Source: Candidatus Thorarchaeota archaeon (GTDB lineage Archaea; Asgardarchaeota; Thorarchaeia; Thorarchaeales; Thorarchaeaceae). From it: a DNA stretch of 21,965 nucleotides. Positions 1-9,291 of the stretch are shown piece by piece. Position 1 is the first letter of the stretch. Every line of letters begins with the position of its first letter. A program made the position numbers and the translations under genes. The notes under the pieces are model-generated. The model was not told where the DNA came from and did not search any database. It saw only the letters and a list, made by a program, of their open reading frames with translations. The stretch is from positions 1-21,965 of the forward strand of contig JBHLRQ010000049.1 in NCBI GenBank assembly GCA_048882385.1, read 5' to 3'.

Positions 1-2186
1 TCTTTGATTTCAGGTCTGTCACGATTGGGTAATGCTTCAATGAAGGTTGCCAAATCTTGGATACGTTCTGCTAGCGTCGCACCCCGATACCTCGGATACC
101 AGTCGGTCTTTTCCTTTGATACAGGTATCCATGAGTTTCTAGATTTCCCTCCTCCCTCTATATTACGCTCAAACTGTGACAACTCTTTCCAAACTGCATC
201 AACTTCACTATAGCCAAAACCGGCTGCTCCCATCTTGTTTCCAATTTCAGTAAATATCCGCCAGTCTTCCTTTGCCATACCAGGAGGTTTAGCTACAGCT
301 TTCAGCTTGAGTGCTTTCATTTCAAAGTTGACGAATGTACCGTCTTCCTCTACAAATGTTGTCGTTGGTAGAATCAGGGATGCTTGTTCAATCCACTCTG
401 ATGGAAATGGGGATTGATAGATTATGGTTGGTACATTCTCAAATCCCTCAATTGAGATTGAGCCATCAGTGACATAGAGAATGTCCAATTCTCCCTTTCG
501 AGCCTTCTCACGCATCTCCACTAGATGTAATCCATTAGAAAGATTACTTTCTCCCCATACTTTCTCAACTTGGGTTAAGGTATCTTTCATTGTAACTGAT
601 GAAGGTCCTGGCAACATCTCTGGTCGAAGTCCAGCTTTGATTATTCCTGCTTCATTTCCTAGTGGAAAAAGAGGATACAGATAACCCTCTTTTCCTGCAA
701 GTTCCACAAGAGCACGAAGTGTCTGAGCTGGGTCTTTAAGTTCCAAGATTCTGGGTCCAACTAGGATAGCTCCTTTCCTACCTTTCTCTTTCTTTGAATC
801 ATGTTCAGAAAGCTGCTCAAGTATCGATGGAATCTGTTTTGGTGATGCTGAAATATACTGCGTAGCCCATCTCCGAAGATTAACGCCTGATTCACCTACT
901 ACAATAAGTGGTGTGCCTTTCTTCAGAACATCATAGACTGCTTTGGCTACAGGTTGATGGGTCTTTACAAAATCGCCTCCGACAGATAGAATCCAATGTA
1001 CGTCCTTTAGATCATCCAGAGTCCCAAGTCGATTAAAGTCTTGAATTTCTCTATGGATTGCTTCTGCAAAGTCTGAACCTAGGAAATCGACATTAGCACT
1101 CTTTACTCCTACTCTTGCTAGTTTATTGAACATGTATGCAGATTCTGTGCTCATTTGCGGACTTCCAATGAATCCAATTTTCTCTGGATTGACCTCAGAG
1201 AGAATCCGTGCAATTTCAGCTATAGCATTCTCCCATGAAACAGGAACATCAACTCCATCCTGTTTGACGTATGGAGTCTTGAGTCTGTCAGGTGCATTGA
1301 CCAGAGAAGGAATGCAGAATCTTCCAAGAACACACATGTGTCCATGATTTGGACCACTCTCTCTTCTGCCTGGACCAGTTCCCATGATTCTTTCCCACTT
1401 GATATTCATCTCTGTCTGGCATCCAACACCACAGAGAGCACAGGTCGATTCGATTGATTCGTCAGGTGTGCCTATCCACTTGGACATCCTTGGGTAGAGA
1501 GCTCCGGTTGGACAGACATCCACACAAGCTCCGCAGAACCAACAACCACTCTCTATATGCGATGTCCCAAAAGCAGTGTCAACCCTTGTTTCATGCCCTC
1601 TCTCTGCAAAGGTAATTGCACTCGTCCCTCGAACTTCATCACAGACCCTAACACATCTTGCACATAAGATACAGAGATTATAATCTCTATCAAAGAATGG
1701 GTCATTCCTCTCTACAGGGATACTCTTGTATTGTGGTAGATAATCTAAGTCCTTAATATCAAGAAGCTCTGCAACCTCTCGTAATTCGCAGAATTCCCTG
1801 TTCGGACAAGTGTTGCATCCTGTGACTGCTCCTGCTTTATGTGACTCTGTTCTATACTCTAGACAACCTGGCCACTCATAGCAGACAATGCATGCACTTG
1901 GATGCTCTCTAAGTATCAATTGGAGAATATTCTGTTTCATCTTGGTCAGTTCATCTGACTTAGTTGTGACAACCATTCCATCTTTGGGTTGTGTTGTACA
2001 GGATGCAACATAACCTCTCCATCCCTCAATCTCAACCAGACACATACGACAACCACCATATGCCTCTAATTCTTCATGATCACAAAGGGTTGGAATCTTG
2101 GTTCCTGATGAACGTACAACATCAAGCACAGACTGTGCATCTTCGCCAAACTCGACCTTCTTACCGTCAATGGTCATCGTCGGCAT
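1..2186 (-). CDS. NuoG/FdhA/HydA-like Fe-S subunit with molybdopterin-oxidoreductase fold, apparently cofactor-less; partial, runs off the left edge
   Basis: Not in the ORF track because there is no stop inside the window. ATG at 2186 overlaps the nuoF stop (TAATG). Manual translation: MPTMTIDGKKVEF...IPTLCDH...GGCRMCLVE...ASC (2Fe-2S); HPSACIVC...; CILCARCVRVC and CWFCGACVDVCPTGAL (2x 4Fe-4S); TCALCGVGC...MCVLGRF; RLKTPYV; LILPTTTFVEEDGTFVNFE. Frame is still open at the window edge (...ALPNRDRPEIK). Confidence 0.9.
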   Translation of the reverse strand, partial: MPTMTIDGKKVEFGEDAQSVLDVVRSSGTKIPTLCDHEELEAYGGCRMCLVEIEGWRGYVASCTTQPKDGMVVTTKSDELTKMKQNILQLILREHPSACIVCYEWPGCLEYRTESHKAGAVTGCNTCPNREFCELREVAELLDIKDLDYLPQYKSIPVERNDPFFDRDYNLCILCARCVRVCDEVRGTSAITFAERGHETRVDTAFGTSHIESGCWFCGACVDVCPTGALYPRMSKWIGTPDESIESTCALCGVGCQTEMNIKWERIMGTGPGRRESGPNHGHMCVLGRFCIPSLVNAPDRLKTPYVKQDGVDVPVSWENAIAEIARILSEVNPEKIGFIGSPQMSTESAYMFNKLARVGVKSANVDFLGSDFAEAIHREIQDFNRLGTLDDLKDVHWILSVGGDFVKTHQPVAKAVYDVLKKGTPLIVVGESGVNLRRWATQYISASPKQIPSILEQLSEHDSKKEKGRKGAILVGPRILELKDPAQTLRALVELAGKEGYLYPLFPLGNEAGIIKAGLRPEMLPGPSSVTMKDTLTQVEKVWGESNLSNGLHLVEMREKARKGELDILYVTDGSISIEGFENVPTIIYQSPFPSEWIEQASLILPTTTFVEEDGTFVNFEMKALKLKAVAKPPGMAKEDWRIFTEIGNKMGAAGFGYSEVDAVWKELSQFERNIEGGGKSRNSWIPVSKEKTDWYPRYRGATLAERIQDLATFIEALPNRDRPEIK

Positions 2187-4015
2187 TATTGAACACCTCC
2201 CTTCTCGAAAGCTGACACTTTCAATACCGCTGATGCTTTCGGTGGACACACTTCGAAGCAAGCTCCACATTTTATGCAGAGACTTTGGTCAATTACGTGA
2301 ACAATTTCCTTCTCACCGGTTATTGCACTGGCTGGACATATTCTCTTGCAAGCTCCACATGCTATGCACGTCTTCTCATCAATTTTGTATCTGATTAGGT
2401 TCTTACAGACCATGGCACGGCATTTCTTGTTTATGATGTGTTCTTCATACTCTTCTCGAAAGTATCTCAAGGTTGTAAGTACTGGATTTGGAGCGGTCTG
2501 TCCAAGACCGCATAATGAACCGTCCTTAACAGTGATGGCAAGTTCTTCTAGCTTTTCAATGTCTTCTGGTTCTCCATCTCCTGCTTTAATCTTATCAAGA
2601 ACTTCTAACATCTGGAGTGTGCCAATTCTGCATGGAGCACACTTGCCACACGACTCCTCTTGTGCAAAAGAGAGGAAGAATCTTGCTACATCAACCATGC
2701 ATGTTGTTTCATCCATGACGATCATGCCGCCAGAACCCATTATGGTTCCGGCCTTTGTTAGAGAATCATAATCCACGTCCAAGTCAATCATTTCAGCAGG
2801 CACACAGCCTCCCGATGGGCCTCCAGTCTGAACCGCTTTGAACTTTTTATCATCCTGAATTCCACCACCAATGTCATAGATGATTTTCCGAAGCGTGACT
2901 CCCATTGGGACTTCTACAAGTCCTGAGTTTTCTACCTTTCCTGTCAATGCAAAGACTGCTGTCCCTCTGCTCTTCTCAGAACCGATTGAAGCAAACCACT
3001 TTGCGCCTTTAGCTAGGATGTGTGAAGTTGAAGCCAGGGACTTTGTATTGTTGAGAACTGTTGGTTTGTCCCATAATCCACTTTCGGTAGGGTAAGGTGG
3101 TCGAGGTCTGGGCATTCCGCGTTTTCCTTCAATTGATGCTAATAGAGCTGTTTCTTCACCGCAGACAAACGCACCTGCACCTTCCTTGACATGAACCTTG
3201 ACACTAAAGTTGGTCCCGAGTATATTCTCACCTACATATCCTCGCTCAGTAGCATCTTCAAGTGCTTTTCTGAATCTCTTTACTGCCAATGGATATTCAT
3301 GACGGACATAGATAAAACCGTCACTAGCAGTGATGGCATAGCAGGCGATCAAGATACCTTCCAGCACACTATGCGGGTCTGCTTCGAGTAGTGACCTATC
3401 CATAAACGCTCCAGGATCCCCCTCGTCAGCATTACAAACAACATACTTCGTATTCCCTGGTGAATCCTTGCAAAGTTTCCATTTCAGACCAGTTGGAAAT
3501 CCAGCACCACCTCTTCCTCGTAGTCCTGACTCTATCACTTCTTGAATGACTTCATCAGGAGTCATCTCAGTAATTGCTCTCTTGAACCCCTCATACCCAC
3601 CACGTTTAAGGTAGTCATCAATATTTTCAGGATCAATTTCACCACAATTTTTGAGAATGATTCTATGTTGGTGTGAATAGAACGGAATGTCATCGTATTT
3701 TGGAATCTTCTCTCCAGTGTTTGGTTCAACATAATATAGATCTTCAACTGGTTCGCCTCTCCCAATATGTGACTCGACAATCTTCGGGATATCTGAGTCC
3801 TTCACCATTGCGTAAAACGTTCCTTCTGGTTCAATGGCAACAATTGGACCCTGCTGGCAGAAACCATGGCACCCTGTCTTCTTTATCTCAACCTTCTTCT
3901 CTAAATTCTGTTTTTTGACCTCATCAATCAGCATCTTATGAAGAACTTCAGACTTGGATGACTCGCACCCTGTTCCTCTACAAATAAACAAGGTTCTCTT
4001 GCCATCATCAGTCAT
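2186..4015 (-). CDS. nuoF: NADH/FMN-binding Fe-S subunit (NuoF/HydB-like, long form)
   Basis: N-terminal thioredoxin-like 2Fe-2S domain (CRGTGC...TGCHGFCQQGP), SGLRGRGGAGFPTG, NADEGDPGAFMDR, FVCGEETAL, QTGGPSGG, ESCGKCAPCR...LCGLG, and a C-terminal 2x[4Fe-4S] ferredoxin (CIACGACKRICP; CIKCGACFEVCP). Start moved to ATG 4015 (MTDDGKR), which overlaps the end of nuoE. Confidence 0.95.
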   Translation of the reverse strand: MTDDGKRTLFICRGTGCESSKSEVLHKMLIDEVKKQNLEKKVEIKKTGCHGFCQQGPIVAIEPEGTFYAMVKDSDIPKIVESHIGRGEPVEDLYYVEPNTGEKIPKYDDIPFYSHQHRIILKNCGEIDPENIDDYLKRGGYEGFKRAITEMTPDEVIQEVIESGLRGRGGAGFPTGLKWKLCKDSPGNTKYVVCNADEGDPGAFMDRSLLEADPHSVLEGILIACYAITASDGFIYVRHEYPLAVKRFRKALEDATERGYVGENILGTNFSVKVHVKEGAGAFVCGEETALLASIEGKRGMPRPRPPYPTESGLWDKPTVLNNTKSLASTSHILAKGAKWFASIGSEKSRGTAVFALTGKVENSGLVEVPMGVTLRKIIYDIGGGIQDDKKFKAVQTGGPSGGCVPAEMIDLDVDYDSLTKAGTIMGSGGMIVMDETTCMVDVARFFLSFAQEESCGKCAPCRIGTLQMLEVLDKIKAGDGEPEDIEKLEELAITVKDGSLCGLGQTAPNPVLTTLRYFREEYEEHIINKKCRAMVCKNLIRYKIDEKTCIACGACKRICPASAITGEKEIVHVIDQSLCIKCGACFEVCPPKASAVLKVSAFEKGGVQ

Positions 4016-4472
4016 TTTTTCTCTCCTCTTCTCTGTCTTTTTTGTCAATCTGTTCAAAGAGTCTGGATACCTTACGTTGGGTCATTTTCCCATGAACTTC
4101 TTCGTCTACAACCGCTACTGGTGCTAAAGCACAACATCCAAGGCAGGCAACTCGTTCCAGACTATATCTCCCATCCTCTGTTGTTTCGCCTGGCTTGACT
4201 CCCAACCTCTCAGTGGTTGCAGATAACAGACTCTCGCCACCTTGAACAAAACATGCAGTTCCCATGCACATCTTGACCTGATGCTTTCCTGGAGGTGTGA
4301 ATCTGAAATTCTTGTAGAAAGTAGCCACGCCATAGATATCTTGCTCGCTGAGATGCATTTCTTCCGCAAGCCACTGGATAGCTTCTATCGGAATGTATCC
4401 CAATCGTAGCTGAATCTTTTGTAGCGACGAGATAAGCTCTGAAACAAGAGCTTCTCTAGAAGGTTCGAGCAT
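4008..4472 (-). CDS. nuoE: 2Fe-2S subunit (NuoE/HydC-like)
   Basis: LQKIQLRLGYIP, YGVATFY, CMGTACFVQG and VACLGCCALAP motifs; directly upstream of nuoF. Confidence 0.95.
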   Translation of the reverse strand: MLEPSREALVSELISSLQKIQLRLGYIPIEAIQWLAEEMHLSEQDIYGVATFYKNFRFTPPGKHQVKMCMGTACFVQGGESLLSATTERLGVKPGETTEDGRYSLERVACLGCCALAPVAVVDEEVHGKMTQRKVSRLFEQIDKKDREEERKND

Positions 4473-4529
4473 GACACGGCTCGGCCTATATGCTTCATAA
4501 AAGCATTGTGAAAGGTCGTAAAGGTGAAA

Positions 4530-5192
4530 TCAAGATGAAGTGAAAATTCCAAAAAGACTCGATTCATCTACCTCTATTATTTCACAGGAAATCCCTAGTT
4601 TACCAGCAATCCAGTGAAAATCGCCTTCTGAAAATGTTGTTGCTACAAAACCATCCTTACAAACAATAGTTCCTTTTTTCGTCTTGTTCCAATCGATATC
4701 TCCCAGAAGTTTCTCTTCCGCCTGAAGCTCAAACCAATTTAATCGATCTTCCCAGATATGGTCACTGTACGTTGAGAATATGCACTTTCCTCCCAATTTT
4801 GAGATTCTCAGACTTTCTCCAACTAAAGCGACAGGATCTACTTTGAATGCAGATATTCCATTTTGAATGCAGACAACAACATCAAATGAATTGTCTTGAA
4901 AGGCTGATGCAGCAGCATCCATCTGTATAAGCTGGATCGATCGGTCCTTCTGACCATATAGAAGACTTCCAAAAGAGGTATCAATCCCTATTACATTGTG
5001 GGCTTTTCTTAGTAGCTCTCTCAAAACACGCCCATATCCGCATCCTAACTCCAAAACCCTATCTGATTTGTTCAAGGATCTGATTACAAACTCTAACTCT
5101 GCATTTAGATATTGGACGATTCTCGGAGGAGCGATTTCATAGCATTTCTCTAAGTTTCTTGCAGAAAGGGTTTCTGTGTAATATTGATTCAT
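4530..5192 (-). CDS. class I SAM-dependent methyltransferase, substrate unknown
   Basis: Motif I VLELGCGYGR, VIGID, QMDA and FQDNSFDVVV. Confidence 0.85.
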   Translation of the reverse strand: MNQYYTETLSARNLEKCYEIAPPRIVQYLNAELEFVIRSLNKSDRVLELGCGYGRVLRELLRKAHNVIGIDTSFGSLLYGQKDRSIQLIQMDAAASAFQDNSFDVVVCIQNGISAFKVDPVALVGESLRISKLGGKCIFSTYSDHIWEDRLNWFELQAEEKLLGDIDWNKTKKGTIVCKDGFVATTFSEGDFHWIAGKLGISCEIIEVDESSLFGIFTSS

Positions 5193-5308
5193 GAAATATC
5201 ATCAGTCTGATTACTATGTACCTGAATGAATCTTGTTATTATCCGCTCAAGAAGTGAATTGATATAGGGGCTCAGTTACATTTAATCAACTAACGAGCGT
5301 GAGAAGAG

Positions 5309-6826
5309 ATGGAGAAAGATCCCATTACCACGGAAGATATGCGTATTCTCGAATTAAATGCAGAATATCTTGGCGTAACTCATAGTATGCTTATGCAAAA
5401 TGCAGGTCGAGAAGTTGCTCGGGTTATTACTCAAACCTCGAAGGTCAAGGAGAAACTGATTGTGATTTTGTGTGGCCTCGGAGGAAATGGTGGTGATGGT
5501 ATTGTCGCTGCACGCTACCTTGATGAAGCAGGTGCACATGTTGAGGTCTATTTGCTAGGTCATGAGAAAAACATCACGAATAAGGATACACTAGCAAACT
5601 GGGAGATTTTGGAAAACCTTCATGGCATAACCAATCTCGATCTTACAACTGAATCTGCTATCAAATCTTGCAGGGCCATTGGAAAGGCTGACATTATCGT
5701 TGATGCGATAATGGGATTTGGTCTAAGATCAAAACTAAGAGAACCTCTCCTTACAGCTGTGAAGATGATAAACAAGTCAACTGCCATAAAATACTCAGTT
5801 GATGTCCCAAGTGGGATCAACTCTGATACTGGTGAGGTTCATGGTGATGCAGTGAAAGCAGATCACACAATTGCTTTACACGCGCCCAAAATTGGAATTT
5901 CAAAAGCTGCTGAATATTTTGGAAAGCTACATGTAGTCTCGATTGGAATTCCAGCAGAAACGTCGTTTACCAGTGGTCCGGGAGATATCCGTTCATTTGA
6001 TCAACCTCGACCTGCCTATGCACGCAAAGGTGATTTTGGAAAAATACTCGTGATTGGCGGAAGTGATGTCTACTCGGGAGCTCCTGCGCTCACAGGGATG
6101 GCTGCACTCCGAACTGGCGCAGATCTGGTCAGTATTCTGGCTCCAGAACCGGTTGTTCCAGCAATAAGATCCTACAGTCCAAATCTTATGGTCACAAGTC
6201 TAGGTACCCAAATTCTTCTCCCAGAATCGATTGAATTGATTTTAGACTTAGCAAGTGACAATAATGTTGTGGCTATTGGTCCTGGATTGGGAGTTGAACA
6301 ACAGACAAAACTAGCTGTCGTGACAATCGTACAGAACTTAACTAACATGAAGAAAGCATTAGTGATTGATGCTGATGGTCTGAAAGCGATTGCATCATCA
6401 GAAATCACACTTGACTCAGAACGATGTGTGTTGACTCCTCATTGGGGTGAATTAGAAATCTTGTTGGACATGCCATTAGGCGACAGTTTTGATTTACAAA
6501 ATCGAATTGATCAAGCTTTAATATGTGCCAAGAAATACAACTCTGTTATTCTACTCAAAGGTCCTGTCGATGTCATTGCCAGACCTGGTGGTGGTTTCAA
6601 AATCAATCGAGAAGGTGCACCTGCAATGACTGTTGGAGGAACTGGTGATGTGCTTACAGGAATTGTAGCTGCTCTACTTGGACAACGTGGTTCTGCATAT
6701 CAGGCGGCAATTGCAGCAGCATTCATCTCAGGTAATGCTGGGGAAATTGCATTTGAAGAGCGAGGAGACCACATTATGGCAACAGACTGTATTGAGAACA
6801 TACACCGAGTATTCGATAGGTGGTAG
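5309..6826 (+). CDS. nnr: bifunctional NAD(P)H-hydrate epimerase/dehydratase (NnrE-NnrD, YjeF)
   Basis: YjeF_N motifs LMQNAG, CGLGGNGGDG, IVDAIMGFG, SVDVPSG; C-terminal KGDFGKILVIGGS, AIGPGLG, VIDADGL, LTPHWGE, GGTGDVLTG. Confidence 0.95.
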   Translation: MEKDPITTEDMRILELNAEYLGVTHSMLMQNAGREVARVITQTSKVKEKLIVILCGLGGNGGDGIVAARYLDEAGAHVEVYLLGHEKNITNKDTLANWEILENLHGITNLDLTTESAIKSCRAIGKADIIVDAIMGFGLRSKLREPLLTAVKMINKSTAIKYSVDVPSGINSDTGEVHGDAVKADHTIALHAPKIGISKAAEYFGKLHVVSIGIPAETSFTSGPGDIRSFDQPRPAYARKGDFGKILVIGGSDVYSGAPALTGMAALRTGADLVSILAPEPVVPAIRSYSPNLMVTSLGTQILLPESIELILDLASDNNVVAIGPGLGVEQQTKLAVVTIVQNLTNMKKALVIDADGLKAIASSEITLDSERCVLTPHWGELEILLDMPLGDSFDLQNRIDQALICAKKYNSVILLKGPVDVIARPGGGFKINREGAPAMTVGGTGDVLTGIVAALLGQRGSAYQAAIAAAFISGNAGEIAFEERGDHIMATDCIENIHRVFDRW

Positions 6827-6840
6827 GACAACTTATCCTA

Positions 6841-7830
6841 CTATTCTATTATTGGCATCCCCTCAAGAAGTTCCCGTGCGATTCTCTTGTTGTCATCATT
6901 GACAGATATCCAGATGATACCAACATCTGGTTGTCCGTACAATACTGCAGATCCATTTGGAGCAAGAAGAACTGCTGGAAATCCCATGAGATCCTCCTCT
7001 CCTTCTACAGTGATTAACGATTTCTTGTCATCTTTGATTGCGGTGTCAACCACTGACCACGCCTCGGGATATATTACAGCCGCAGGGTTGTAAATTGTAA
7101 ACTCCTGAGCTGCTGAGAACTGCTCACTATAGGGTCCTCTTTTTGTTATGCCATCTACAATCATTACGTCCGGCGTATAACCTTCCTGCAAAATCGTGTC
7201 CGTCGTTACATCTCCAACTGAAATTATCTTGACTGGAGATTCCTCCATGATTCTTTGCACAATTCGTGGCGCAGGTTTTCCATCTTTTGTATCATAGACA
7301 TCACCCTTAGGCGTCTTCAGTCCTGCTCGTCCTTCAAGTTTGAGTAGTCTTGGTGGTTCATCTGTTCCTTTGAGGCGTCTACCTTTGCGATCAATTTCTC
7401 CAAGCCGAATTCTCGCAGATGCCAATTTACCTCCATCATTTGCTCGAACTGGTTTCAAGAAGTCAATGCGATCTTTGACACCGAGCTTCTTCTTTCGAAT
7501 TGCGAGTGCACCTGATTTGATCTCTGTGCAACATGGTCCTTCATACATTAGGAATGTAGTATCACCCTCAATTGCCATCAAATCTTCAATTCTAGTAGCA
7601 GCTTTGGATTTGATTGTGTCATTGAGTCCTATCTTTTTGATATATTTCTCTAACAAATCTAGGCGGAGGTCAATCGGCTGGATTAGTGCAGATAGTTCAA
7701 GATCTTTTCCTACTAGTTCCCCGCCAGTCACGCAAGCTACCGGATCGGGCATATCCGATAGTGTGTCAATCATGACTTGATGACCTTTATGAAGTCGATC
7801 AAAAAGATTCAGCGCCCATGTTCCTGACAT
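6841..7830 (-). CDS. coaD: fusion: phosphopantetheine adenylyltransferase-like domain + GTP-dependent dephospho-CoA kinase (DUF359)
   Basis: N-half has the HxGH nucleotidyltransferase motif (FDRLHKGH) and KLASARIRLGEID, resembling archaeal PPAT ISSTRIRxGEID. C-half has DUF359 motifs LKTPKG, SVGDVTT, IVDGITKR, NPAAVI, VEGEEDL, VLYGQP. Confidence 0.85.
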   Translation of the reverse strand: MSGTWALNLFDRLHKGHQVMIDTLSDMPDPVACVTGGELVGKDLELSALIQPIDLRLDLLEKYIKKIGLNDTIKSKAATRIEDLMAIEGDTTFLMYEGPCCTEIKSGALAIRKKKLGVKDRIDFLKPVRANDGGKLASARIRLGEIDRKGRRLKGTDEPPRLLKLEGRAGLKTPKGDVYDTKDGKPAPRIVQRIMEESPVKIISVGDVTTDTILQEGYTPDVMIVDGITKRGPYSEQFSAAQEFTIYNPAAVIYPEAWSVVDTAIKDDKKSLITVEGEEDLMGFPAVLLAPNGSAVLYGQPDVGIIWISVNDDNKRIARELLEGMPIIE

Positions 7831-7906
7831 CTATCTCACATGTTTCTCTCAACAATTGGAACACTTAATATCATCGAATGCATCTTGTTCTGTAGCAAAA
7901 TGACAA

Positions 7907-8611
7907 GTGACGAAGGTGATAATTCTAGCAACAGCTGATGTTCATAGCCCAAGATTCCTAAACGAGTTCAAAGGAAATCTTAGCGTACAGGAGCCGCCAG
8001 ATGTTTTCTTGTTCGCTGGGGATATGATTAATCGAGGAAGTTCAGAGGAGTATACTATTGTACTAGACACTATAGAAGAATTCTTGGGTGATTCGTTTCC
8101 GATTATAGGGTGTTTTGGAAATGAAGAGTACAGCGAAGTACGCAAAGAAATCCTTTCGATTGTTGGGGACCGTATGGTCTTCCTAGATGAACGGTCAACA
8201 ATTGTGGAATCGAATGGGATGAAGATTGGCATTGTGGGTACTCAGGGGTCTCTTGATAAAGCAACAAGCTGGCAGCGTAGAAACATCCCAAGTGTGAAGG
8301 GTGTTTTTGAAAGACGTGCAAAAAGAGCGGAGTCACTTTTGAAAAAAATGGACAAAAAAGTCGACTACAGGATTCTATTAATGCACTACAGTCCTTGTCT
8401 TGAAACATGTGAAGGTGAGAATGAAAAGGCCTTCTCATGGCTTGGGAGTAGAAAATTCTACAAGATTATTGTAAACCAGCAGCCTGACCTTGTCATTCAT
8501 GGTCATGTACACAACTCAGTAAGACACGAGGTTGAAATTGGCAAGACCATTGTTCGTAATGTTTCACTACCAGCAGTTGGTTCGATTTCGAAGATGGATG
8601 TCTGGAATTGA
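7907..8611 (+). CDS. calcineurin-like metallophosphoesterase, copy 1
   Basis: Motifs ADVH, AGD, FGNEE, MHYSP, HGHVH; GTG start. Confidence 0.88.
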   Translation: MTKVIILATADVHSPRFLNEFKGNLSVQEPPDVFLFAGDMINRGSSEEYTIVLDTIEEFLGDSFPIIGCFGNEEYSEVRKEILSIVGDRMVFLDERSTIVESNGMKIGIVGTQGSLDKATSWQRRNIPSVKGVFERRAKRAESLLKKMDKKVDYRILLMHYSPCLETCEGENEKAFSWLGSRKFYKIIVNQQPDLVIHGHVHNSVRHEVEIGKTIVRNVSLPAVGSISKMDVWN

Positions 8612-9291
8612 ATTCGATAAGGATCGCAGCAGTGGCTGATGTACATAGTCCCAGGTTCCTGAAGGAGTTCACGAGGTCTCTGAAACTTTGTAGAACTCCA
8701 GATTTGTTCCTTCTCGCAGGTGATATTGTTAATCGAGGTGCTGCCAAGGAATATCCTCGAGTTTTGGAAGCAATTGACCGAATACATGGTGACATCCCCA
8801 TTGTTGCATGCTTTGGGAATGAAGAATATCCTGCGTCTAGAAACGAGATACTCTCCTTGGTCGAGGACAGAGTTACTTTTCTCGATGAATCATCTACATC
8901 ACTCATAATATCTGGAAGAAAGGTAGGAATAGTTGGCGCATCAGTTCTCCTCGAACAGTCACAATCAGCTCAAGAAGGAATCAATGATCAACACTCTAGA
9001 ATCAAACATGCTTTCGAGAAAAGGGCGTTAAGAATTTCCCAGCATCTGCAGAAACTGGTCAATACAGTACAGCATGCAATCCTTTTGTTACATTATAGTC
9101 CTCTCTCAGAAGAGTCATCTGAATTCTCATGGTGGATATCCAAAGCACTGGAAAGTGTAAGACCTACACTGATAGTGCATGGGCACGTGCATACCTCGAC
9201 AAATCACAAAGTAGTGATAGGGGCTATACCTGTTTACAATGTAGCCTTACCAGCTGTGGGACGAATTACTGAATTGTCTCTTAACGACTAA
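8608..9291 (+). CDS. calcineurin-like metallophosphoesterase, copy 2 (tandem paralogue)
   Basis: Motifs ADVH, AGD, FGNEE, LHYSP, HGHVH; TTG start overlaps the stop of copy 1 (TTGA). Confidence 0.88.
   Translation: MNSIRIAAVADVHSPRFLKEFTRSLKLCRTPDLFLLAGDIVNRGAAKEYPRVLEAIDRIHGDIPIVACFGNEEYPASRNEILSLVEDRVTFLDESSTSLIISGRKVGIVGASVLLEQSQSAQEGINDQHSRIKHAFEKRALRISQHLQKLVNTVQHAILLLHYSPLSEESSEFSWWISKALESVRPTLIVHGHVHTSTNHKVVIGAIPVYNVALPAVGRITELSLND

Noticed and set aside
1-2186. Selenocysteine-containing formate dehydrogenase alpha subunit
   Set aside because: No in-frame TGA in the translated frame and no Cys/Sec-His motif at the expected position.
2186-4472. Respiratory complex I nuo operon
   Set aside because: No membrane or quinone-module nuo genes are in the window, and NuoF has the extra ferredoxin domains of soluble HydB-type enzymes. 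Genes beyond the left edge cannot be seen.
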